Of a DNA stretch of 64,000 nucleotides, positions 34,601 to 45,699 are shown piece after piece. The position numbers and the translations under genes were made by a program. The DNA is from Trypanosoma brucei (taxonomy: Eukaryota): positions 1-64,000 of the forward strand of contig CM000208.1 in assembly GCA_000002445.1 (NCBI GenBank). The letters are read 5' to 3'. The notes under the pieces are model-generated. The model made no database searches and had not been told where the DNA came from. It saw only the letters and a list, made by a program, of their open reading frames with translations. How positions within the stretch are numbered: the first letter of the stretch is position 1; the number at the start of each line of letters is the position of its first letter.

Positions 34601-37600
34601 AACAAAAAGAAAGTAAAGAAAAAAATAGGTGAAACATCAAGGAAAGCGACGAGATATCAGCACTTCTCACACAAAATATGGAGCCCTCCACTACACAGAG
34701 TTTACCGAAACGGCACCGCATTTTTAGAAGGACTCATTCGCATAGGTGAATAGTCTTGCCTTACTTCCCTATAAAGTATTAATAGAAAAAATATAACATA
34801 ATTAAAATGTTTTTGTTCATATCTGCTTTAATAAAATACAACTTATATCTCAATTATATTTTATTGTTACATATTTAACCACCACTATTACTTACGAAGC
34901 GGAAGTGTCTGAAAGCGCAGTTTTCTTACCCTCCGTGCTCCCCTTTGCTTGCCCTTTGGACAGCCGCGTGGTTATCTTTCTGAGGTCACGTAACTCCATG
35001 CAGAATTAATTCTTCCATCACACAGCACACTCCATCTATGGCTACGGCCACATGAATCATGGCATTGGAATGTGTGTTGCAATTCCCACCATATTCTTTT
35101 CATAATAATATGCATGATTGTTGTGTTTTGTTCACGCATACATAGTATGCCACTCTTCCTCCTCTTTCAGAAGGCAACTATTCACTACTGTTTCCCAAGC
35201 ACGACATTTAACCACGTCATGTGCCTGCAAATAATAAAACGATCCTCACAATCTATCCATGTTTGAGTCGTTAATCGTCATGGTTCGCGTTGCTGCAGTT
35301 TCACGACATCGGCGTCATGTCCTGAAAAGACCTTTGTAATGGTGTGTGAAACTCCAGTGCTCTCTTTATTAACTGATGGGGAGTTGATTCAAATTCAATA
35401 GTTCCTCATTTTCGCTAACGTATCGGAACCCCAGCCGAATATCTTCAGGCAACTTCACTTGGGAGAGGAATGACTTTAGATCAAACAATTCCACTGACTG
35501 GTCATGGAGAGTATTTAAATACTGGGAAAAGTGACCCAATGGGACATATGCCTCATAATCATCCCTGCTCTTTTTAGCCTTTGGTCATGCAATAAATCAA
35601 CGCCTTCTTCCAATTCCGTGTTTCCTCCATCACAAAGAATGGCGCACAACCCATCCTGTCGTATGTCTCTCTGAAACTGTGCTAATGATACGCGATTGCT
35701 TAATTATTTGGGACTTCTTTTTCCACAATGTGCAATTCTGACTCCTTCTTTGATACTTTCTCTCTTTCTTTCTGCATCATCTGTGCTATTCATGATGCTC
35801 CAACCCTCATCAAATCGCTTACTCGCTGCTTGCATCATCCTCTGTCAAATCCACGGAAGGGAAGTCATTCCCACATTCATTTCCTATTGGAGAGGTGAAG
35901 TCTTTTTTTTTCCTCATCCCGTGAGGTCACCTTTGTTTTCCCTTGTGAGTGCCAAGGAATGCTGTGCAATCGATAATTTGGGAAAGTTATTCACCGTTAT
36001 AAGTCCCGGCTTCCCTCACACTGAGGCCGCACATTCCTTCCAATTATATCTTACATCAAAAACACTCAAAGAATCGACTTGCTGACGGCAGCTGTCAAAC
36101 ATCTGAGATACCGCACTGTGCTTCGTGGCAGTTCTATTGTGTAGATGTGCTTTCCCAATTGTATTAATAATATGTTGTCAATGTCGTGCTCCATTGCAAC
36201 TACTGCCGCTCCGCGTGTCAGCAGTGCTCTTCTCTTTATGGGATGTTCTATCATTACGTATGGTCGTTTCAGTATGGTATCACTTTTCCCCTTTGTGGTA
36301 ATCGCTATGAACTTCTTCCTCTTTTCTCCAGAGGTTCCTCCCTATGACTTTTCTCACACTGGTAATATCCTTTTCCCAGTTGATAATTATGCATCGTGCG
36401 ACTCTGTGGGTATCGCTTTTGAATTTCTTTGGAAGGTTCCCTCCAAAAAAATTCCACTATTGAGGCTTGCTTTTCGTATGAGTGTGGTATAACATTTTCC
36501 TTTTTTGGAGCTGTGTAATTTCTTTTTGCCATCGAATGGCTGGGTGTAATTCAGGTCACTACTCATATTGCAACTGGATACCACTCTGGACGGAACTTCC
36601 TGCAAGATATTATCGAATCCCCATCACAACATCTGTTGTGCTTGTTTGATGGGTTCACCTGTTACCGTATTGTAAAGACAGACCCAAAAACAAAATCCGC
36701 GTCGGTGTGTCCAATAGAAATGATGGAAGAGCTCTCCTGTACTGAAATTGCAGTGCTCTTTGCGAGTCGTAAACTTACAACAACAAATGGAAGTGCAGTT
36801 ACATCCTATGCTAGCATGCGGTAATGATTTTCCGTCAATGCATAAAAACTCCACATGATGAATTCCCTATTCCTCACATGTTTTAGTCCTCGGCCACATT
36901 CACTTTGCTATTCTGTTGGCTCCTGAAACCAGTGCCATGATGTACGGACAGCTTTGTGTGGGAACTGCAATAAAAATAATAAGAATAATAATAACTCCTT
37001 TCACCAATGAGTTTACTATTGGTTGTAAAAGTGCTCTTGGTATCACTCCATTATTTTTTTTTTCCAATCCCCAGCTGCTGAGGGACTGTTGTATTTTTTT
37101 ATGTTAATGTATGGTTTTATTCCCCACCCCTTTCAGGTGACTTTCTCCTGCACGGTTTTTACTTTCCCATTGTATAATGTTTCTCAAGGTGTTTCCTTTG
37201 TGAAGCTTTGGTTATGCTATAATTAAAGGCCACTCAACTCCCTGCTTCCGGGAACTGTTGTTGCATTTATTCCCCTTTAGTTGCTGCAAATTTCTTTATT
37301 TGACAAGTTGTACTGCGATGCTTCACTTGACCATATGTGTAACATCGTGTCTCGTTGCTTTATAAAAACTCAAAAAGAACACATCAGCTGATATTCTTCT
37401 GTTCTTACTTCGTACATTCACATCTCTTCCCGTCAGTTCGGAAACTCCCACTCAAACTCACCACTCTGTGAAGATTTGTAGTTTCCGTTAGTGATGGACG
37501 TACTGAAGTGGACATGTTTGGCACTTCAAAAACTAATTCTTTAAACTTACACCTTCCTTCTTGCATACAGTTTAATTTCGAGAGTAAAGGAATAGTTGAG

Positions 37601-37920
37601 TATTACGAGAAACCATAAGCCTAAAACATTCTCAACGCAAGCTTTCAATAAAAGCAAACGCATTAAGATGGTTTAGTGAACACATGCAGGATAATCCCTA
37701 GCAAAGGTATTATTCACACCCAATAAACAACTCAAACAAATAACACCACCATACATATCGCAGACATACGAGTTGCACCTGCACAAACAAATAAAAACTG
37801 CTGTGACTCATCAAACGTAAAATATTATGAGCACAAAAACATAAATGTCCTTGATCCTCCATAAATGTATAACACAATATTATTTTGCATTATCATCGTA
37901 AAAATATTTATTTTTATATT

Positions 37921-37946
37921 GATATATATATATATATATATATATT
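37921..37946. repeat. (TA)13 microsatellite
   Basis: atatatatatatatatatatatatat, read directly. Confidence 0.9.
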
Positions 37947-38668
37947 CAGCTAAAAGTCAAGAGTATGCTTTGGCCTTGTAGAACTGTAAATGCGTGAATA
38001 TTCTGATATTATTGTTTCCCATTTTAAAACGAAGATACTTGAAGATGTGAGGAAACGACTCCATTAATGCTTATGATGCATCAAATAATTCTCTCGTAAA
38101 GAAAGGAGCAAGCAGATGCTCAGTACACCGTGTCCCTATTTGTATCTTTAAATTAAGGTTCTCTTGAATGAAGTAAAGAAAAAACAAAGAAAAGGCAAGA
38201 AGTATATGATATAAGTGATAATACATAATGAAATGACCCAACAAGAGGGAGAGGAAGTTGCATGCCTTCACTACAGTCATACAAATAAAGCCAGACCCTT
38301 TACACTCGTTTTACAATGTTCTGTCGTATCGCTCTGTATAAACGAAAAATACTAATAGGAAAGGGAAATGTAAGAAGAAAGTAAAAAGCATCAAGTAGTT
38401 CGAGGATTATCGACACTCAGCTACGTGGAATGATACGTATCGTCAATGTGAGTTTGAAATGCTCACCATCCCAATGAACTTACTTGTATGTTACTTAATC
38501 CTGGAAAATATTTCTCTGTTCGTTCAAGTTACCTGACAACTCTCCTTCCACACCCTATGCATTGTTACCACCTCCATTGTTTACTCCGTTGATCCTGTCA
38601 TATTCCTCAAGTTTTTCTTTGCATTCGACGTATAGTGCAATAATGCGCTCATTAAGTGAGACGGAAAA

Positions 38669-40078
38669 TTAACGCACTTCCCTTTTCCAAAATCTTTCCT
38701 CACGTTTACTTTGTTCATCCGTGGCTGTCCTGCTACAACATTGCGGTTTCGTAATTTTTTCGTCGTCAACCCTTTGGACGTAAATTATTTCCCATACCAT
38801 ATCATTGGAAAAATTGTCCCAATGTTTGAAGTAACTTCGCAAATACTTCTTCATCTTAAATAACCCACCGGTACTGCAGGGATGACTACCAGAAATTGTG
38901 TACTGTAGTCCCACAAAAGTCTTCGGGTTCTCAACAAAAAAGAACGCATCAACAACTGGGAAACTCCTTGATTGCGGCTTGTACAATTTCATGTATTGAA
39001 TTTCGGCTCCAGCTACAATTGGAACATCCTCAGGAACCACAATCGAAGGACTCATGAGTCTTGGTTCTTGCAGCACCTGCAGCACACTTTGTGGAATTTG
39101 ATCCTCAGAAAGTGAGAGGCCCTGTAACTCCTTTGCCAACTCAATTAGTGCATCCTCATGTGACAATGCTTCAATCCCACTCTGCTTGAAACGATAAGCA
39201 GCGAGGGTCCGGTTAGACAGCAGTTCAGATACTAAAGCAGACTTTTCCTGTATAAAAGGTTTCAGTCGATCTGAAATAGCTTCCCCCGTGTAGGATGAAA
39301 GCGGTCTCAAGCGATACGCATCACACAGGAGATCCTTTTCCTTCACTCGAACAGCCCTCACTAACTTGTGTGATACCTCATCTGTTTGCCACATACCTGC
39401 GTTTTGGAAAAATTTAGCGTAATCATTCATATCCTCATCTCTCATTTTGCCAATGACCTCTCGAATTAGTTCCCGCTGCCTTTTATACCAAAGTGAATCA
39501 ACAATGTGACGAAGCAGTGGACCAACGATACGAATGCGAGCTTGAATTTCTTGCCATTCACTTTCAATTTTCTCCTTCGCAACTGGAGGACTCCACTTGT
39601 AAGCAAGAGCAATTTTCCCCCATCTCGATATATGTATGGCTTCCAAATCCTTCAATGTGTCACAGTTTATGTAAATATGTGTGGCGCCGTTTTGCTTGGC
39701 CCATTCATAGAATTGTCTGACGTTTGGAGAACTCAAAGCAATACCAGAAAAATAACCAGGTGGTTTCACTGGAGCCGGATGATCCTTGTCCACGTCGAAT
39801 ATAAGGTATCCCTTGATTTCTCCTGTCTTACATGAATCTCTGGCTATTTGCTTAACAACTGTGAATCCATTGTCACAATCTTTGTAAAACGTAACATATC
39901 CTGCTCCATCGCCTTTGGGTTTACGAAACACATACGCCTCGCCCTCCACAACGTATATGATAATCTGAAGCTGACTCGCTTCATAATGCAGTAGTTTGTA
40001 TAACAGTATTTTTTTTTTGGAATTTTCTTCGTGCCTTCGTGGGAGTTTCCCCCAACTGGCGCGGCCATCAGCCATCAC
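38669..40078 (-). pseudogene. RHS: Retrotransposon hot spot (RHS) family pseudogene, the part of the gene 3' of the ingi/RIME hot spot. The annotated 469-aa ORF is chimeric: its first ~20 codons (MMADGRASWGKLPRRHEENSKKK) are the 3' tail and poly(A) of ingi copy 2. The true RHS portion is 38669-40008.
   Basis: - The ORF starts inside the retroelement 3' end (atggctgatggccgcgccagttggggg…aaaaaaaaa) and continues in frame into host sequence (ILLYKLLHYEASQLQII…).
- The same hot-spot position is hit by a RIME in the second copy at 54179.
- The downstream motif FPVVDAFFFV is shared by both copies. Confidence 0.6.
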
Positions 40079-43000
40079 CGTAGAGCCATGAAATGCTATC
40101 GGTCTGGCGACTTTGGCAGAGTCTCCCTTTTTTATTCATCCTAACACACTCTCTATAATTTTTTGTTGTAGCTCCGCATTTGAACGGAATACAGCAGATG
40201 GGGCGAGAAGTCCCCACACCCCATACTCTCCCAAAGATGTCAATTAGCAATCCTTTTGTTTTGATTTTTGCTATTCGTTTATTATTCTCTCCCCCTCTTT
40301 CTGCGTCTCTTGCTTGTTGACTGCATATCCTCTCTGTCTCTGAGGTGCCTGGACTATTCCTGCGTCCGGAGCTTTTCCTGCTAGCTCCACACTCGGCAAT
40401 AAGGGGGGAAGTTGCACAAGGGAGAGTGGGTTGTATGACTGTTACCTTAGGTGAGGACTTCACCTGTGGCCGGCTCCGTTCAACCGCAATGAGAAACTGC
40501 GCCAGCCTTTTATAGAAACATACATCCTGCACACACACACCTTCCACCGCAAACCTGACACGTAACTCCTTCAAACCGGGACAGCTCATCAAGTGCAGCG
40601 ACGTTTCTTCGCAGTCTCCGCGTTGGCTGGTAACAGCTCCCTCTACCTTCATACCGTGCATCTTCTTTTGATGTAGGGTGAGGCCAGTTTTGCTAGCACA
40701 CTGCCTTCCGCATGTCGGGCACACCAACATGGATGTGCTTGTATGCGGGGAATCAGTGGCACACAATTTTGTGCTTTTGCTGCATTTAAGCTCGACTCCC
40801 TCACCTTTGTTAAGAGCCTTGCAGTGTCGGATGAGGGAGTCCCTGCAACTGAGCACTTTTTGGCACACACCACACTGCACCTCGCCTTCCCCTGGAGGCG
40901 TCAACGTTTCCCTCACGGGCACGCTTACGAGGAAATTGCACCACCACCACGGTACCGTCCTCCGTCACTATGCTCTTATGCTTGAATTTCTTGTGTAGTG
41001 ACAGGGAAGAGCGTGGACCGAAGCTCGCCTCGCACAGGTCACATTGAAACGGCAGCTTCCGTGTGTATCCTGAGAGGCTGGCGCTGCTGGGACGCTACCA
41101 TCTCCTTGCACTGAGTCCTCGCTCTCTCGCCCCCTTTTCACGCGGCAACTACCGCTGCCTATGCCATGTATTGTTCTAAGGTGGTATAGTAGTCGGCCTG
41201 GCACTGCGAATTTGGAGGCACAGAGGGTACAATGAAGCACCTGCGGTCTCATCGGGACTCGTGTGCTCGATGGTAGAGGAACGATCGCCACCACTGGAGG
41301 GGGCTCCGGGGGGATGTCCACTGCAGGTGTTGCATCGCCGTATTTGATCCTCCGGAGGGCATCAGCTCGCACAAAGCCATGTTTGTTTACCATGTGCGTT
41401 ACAGCACTCGAGCGGCATTGGTATGTGGCATCACATTCCGTACATTTGGTCGGTTCGGAGGTTCTCTGAAGAGTGCGTGTCGCAACAGTTGGGCTGTTTG
41501 TATTGTTGGTCCTATCGCTGCATGTTGCGGGTTACACCATCGGCACTGTGAGGGCACACACTCGGGTTGATCTTTCGCAACATCCATCCATAGTGTCTTG
41601 AAGACCCAACCCGAAAGCGTGCCAGTGCCGTTTCTTCTTCCCTCGTCAGTTCTTCCTTATGTTTTGTTGGAAAGTGGTTGCCCGTGATACCAAACCTATG
41701 AGTGTTCTCATGGACTTCTTCCGACCTAAGCACTCGCTTCGCATAAGCAATGATGTCGGGGATCCATGTGTCTCGCAACTGTGGTAAATCTGCGGCCTTT
41801 TTGGCCATTTCATCGCAAACCTCATTCCGTTTCACGCCACAATGGCCGAACACAAATTGCAGTCGGATACGCACCTTCCTTCTCTGAACTTGAAGCAGAA
41901 GCCTCCATAGTCGTCTTAGAATTGGGTCCGTTACGGCTAGGGGGCCTGTCTGCAGTGCTGTTAACATTGACAGCGAGTCAGAGAAGATGGACAACCTGCT
42001 CGGTGTGCTTCTGTATGCCGGAAGCCATTTCAGCAGCCGTTGCAGTCCTATCTCTAATGCTACGCATTCCGCTCTGTAACTGCATGAGAGTTCCCCTGCT
42101 CCAGTTTTGGGTGCACAAATCAGCGTGTTGTTTCTATAGAGCAGGGCAGCTGCTCCGGACTTCTCACCGAGGGACACGGATCCATCAGTCCACAATTCGT
42201 AGTGCACTCATCGCGGTGGCTCCTTCCCCCTCCGTGCAAAATGCCGTGCAATCCACTTTTCGGAAGCCTCCCTTTTGACATCGTCAGGGTCATCAGCGCA
42301 CACAGGCTTTATCCGCGTGTGAAATAGCGGTCGGCAGCTGTGGCGGAGCGTCGATGTCTCTAGTGGGTGCTCGCGTGGCTCAATGCGGAGGTGGGGGTAA
42401 GACCGCATGATGCGGGAATGTATGGCTCTGACAGGGTGTTTGCTGTGGTATACTTCTTCAGCACTGCGCCGCAAACATCCGCCTTGCGACTCACACATCA
42501 GCATGAATTTCATGCTGCGCACAAGAGTGGCCGTCTTGAGTGGCAGGAGGTTTGCTTCCAGCAGAGAGTCCTCTTTGCGCGTCCCATGCGGTATGCCAGC
42601 TATGATGCGACTGGCTTTGTGTTGTGCTGATGCAAGGAGGTCGCGACTTCGTTCCGAAGCGTCCCAGTACCATACCTCAATGCCATACATGGTGTGTGCC
42701 TGTACGATTACTAGATAAAAAGCTCTCAGTACTTGTCGTCTTGGCCCCCATGTAGAAGCTGAGATGGCTGCTATCTGCAGTAGTCGGAAGTCCATCTTGC
42801 GTCTCGTTTCGGCCGCATGTGTTGCCATCCCATGCAGACGCTGGGATGTTACTCCTAGAAGCTTCGGTGTCCTGTCAGCTCCTATTCTTTCACCGTCCAG
42901 TTGTAATGTAAGGGGGTGGCGCTCTATACACCCGGAGAGTGTGCACTTCGTTTTCGCTACATTGACAGACATGAAGTACTCTTTTGACCACTGTAACACC

Positions 43001-45266
43001 ACGTTTAGGCCGCATTGCAGTGTGTGGTTGATGACATCCCTCTCTGTGTGCCTCGCAAGTAGCGTCAGGTCGTCTGCAAAGAATCCGTGCTGCAGTAACG
43101 GCACTTCTGCAAGGCGTTGGCTCAACGAGTTCATGACAATAATGAACATGATTGGGCCAAGGACAGTTTCCCTGTGGCACTCCTCGCTCAAATGTTCTGC
43201 TTCTGGAAAGCTTCTCCTTGAATCTCACTCTGCCAGTTCGGTTACTCAGAAATGATACGCACCACTTCACAATGTGGGGTGATACCTTCATTCTGTGCAT
43301 TTTCCTCGCAATTTTGTCGTAGTCTACTGTATCAAATGCCTTCTCGTAGTCAACGAATACAGCACCCGTACGAGATTGGTGTGTGGGACGGCAGAGGGCA
43401 GCGCGGACGTGCAGCAGTTGTTCGAGCGTTGAGCATCCGGGGCGAAAACCTGATTGCTGCGGCGTCAGCTGTGACTCAACAGTGTCTCTAAGTCTCGCGG
43501 CAATTATGCGCTCCATGACTTTGCAGAGACAGCTCGTGAGTGTCACAGGCCTGTGAGAATCGAGGTCCTCCACCCTTTTTCCGGCCTTCAGGATGGGGGT
43601 GATAACACCAGTCTTCCATGCAGGCGGCACGACTCCCGTTCGTAGGCTCTCATTGAATAGCCTCAGCACAACATTCAGCGCTGTTCTACCGAGATGTTGC
43701 AGTGCCTCGTTGTATAAGCAATCAGGTCCTGCTGCGGATCCACTCGGTAGCAGTTTGATCGATCTCCGTAGTTCAGCCATCGTGATGGGACTGAACTCAC
43801 TCGCTATCGTCTTTATTGGTGCCGGTGGGTGTGAGTCGGGGTGCCTTCTTGCGCGGGACGAGTACAGTTTACTGAACCTCTCAGCTTGAAGGTAGTCCGT
43901 GATGGCCGCGTTATCAACAAGTACAGCCGGTGTGGTTAGTGGTCGTGGCGCATATACCTTCTTGACAATGTGCCAACTGCAGCGGTCTGACACCGCAAGT
44001 CTGGAGCATAGCGTGCTCCATCTCTTCTTTGTGGTACGGTCCAGGATCTGCTTACGCGTGGCTACCAACTTTTCCCTTCGGTGGGAGGGTCCGCATCCAG
44101 CGATCTCTTCATCGAGTTTCGCGAGCTCAGGTGTCCAATGTGGTGGCGTTGCTCTGCAGCCACGGGGGACGGAGACCTTCGTCGCAATGCGGATGGCGGA
44201 GCTCAATTTCTGTTCCAGGGTGTTGACGTTCTTCTCTCTACCAATTTTCCTGCAGAGCTCGTCAACCTTGAGACGGAAATTCCTCCAGTCAGCTTTTAGC
44301 CATGCGTACATGGGCTTTCGAAGCCGCGGGCAACTCAGTGCATCTGTGTCGTCTCCAACGATAACGTCGAAAAATATGTGATGGTGATCGCTATCGGGAG
44401 AATACAGCGATGTCCACGTGTACACTGTGCAATTCCTTGACAGTGTCACATCAGGGGTGGACTCCCCGTGGTGGCGCGCGTTCCTGGTGCACTCACCAGT
44501 GTTGCAGACCAGAAACTGGTTGTCAATGCACCACTGTGTGAGGGTTTCACCCTTGGTATTTGGTGGGCTCGCGCGATCCCATGCCAACGCGTGTGCGTTA
44601 GCGTCTGCACCGATGAGCTGGGCACCGTCAGTCGTCAGAAGCGTATCTACGTCAGTTGCCGTGAAGGTGTGTTTTGGTGGGATGTATGCCGACGTGGCGG
44701 TCAGCGCCGTTCCACGTGCAAGGTGAATTGTTGCATGCACTTGTTCAATGCAACCAACAACGGCCATACCGGTCTCGACTGGTAGGTCCTCCCTCACTAG
44801 TATTGATACACCACCTCCTTTGCAGTTACGAGCTATTCCATGATGCTGGTAGCCAGCAACGCTAAAGCAAGCCGACTCTCCAGGCGTCATCCTTGTCTCG
44901 CTCAACAGACAAAAGGCGATCCGCTCATCAACAAGGGTTTTGTGGAGTGCTAATCTCTTTCCTTGAGATAGTCCGGCGCAGTTCCACTGCATCCCGCGCA
45001 ACGACGGGCCGGGATTCTCTTCCACATCACCGGACAGCAGCATCTTAGTGCGGATGATACTGCTGATGGCACGCTGGCACGTGCCCAGGGACCGACAAAT
45101 GAAAAACGGTGTCCCAGCAAGACGCTGCTGATCCCTGTGCTGTATGATGCCGTAGCCGGAGCAAAGCAGTGTTCCCCATGAAAGGAATGCTGCTGGCTCT
45201 TGGCTTCCCCCGATGATACGGGGCACTGGTCCCTGGCACCACGTTGAGGTGGCAGGCATCGCCAGG
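40009..45266 (-). mobile_element. Second ingi copy (~5.26 kb), degenerate. The polyprotein is broken into at least 5 ORFs by frameshifts. The poly(A) is at 40009-40018 and the 5' end at 45266. The two flanks differ, so there is no target-site duplication.
   Basis: - ~97% identity to the ingi at 12852-18114 where compared by eye.
- ORF fragments 40068-40922, 40968-41393, 41512-42207, 42208-43191 and 42890-45358 are collinear with the intact polyprotein.
- Flanks are gtagtttgtataacagta on the 3' side and tgcaaacattgtatgtcac on the 5' side. Confidence 0.9.
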
Positions 45267-45699
45267 GTGCAAACATTGTATGTCACCCACCGCATTCCCC
45301 CCGTCAAATGTATCGCACAATCATGCAGAAGCTCTTCGCTGTCGAAGTAGAAAGACAAAGAGAACCGCTACCACCAGTCACCCTAACTTTCTCCCCCATT
45401 TTTTTTCTTCCATACAACACTGTCATCGGACGTGCATGCCGATTCCTAGGACGGCGTTCAGCTTGAATTGTGTAAGAAATGGATTGTAAGGCACTACCGT
45501 GCAAAGGGAACCCAACTAAATTCCATGCCGCATTTTGAAGTATGAGCAGACGGATATGTTTCCTTAGGAATAAAATCAGGGGCTTCCTCAACGACATATA
45601 GGAATGACAATCCCATCTCGACGGTTTGCTGTGGAGCCGGAACAATAGCGTGTAGCTACCAACCTGAGTGCATAGTAATGTTCGAGGTTTTGCATAAAA

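Noticed and set aside
42890-45358. 822-aa ORF extending ~90 bp beyond the 5' end of the second ingi
   Set aside because: The extension into flanking DNA (MSFYFDSEELLHDCAIHLTGGMRWVTYNVCTLA) has no counterpart in the intact ingi and no start context. It is read-through of an open frame, not a fusion gene.
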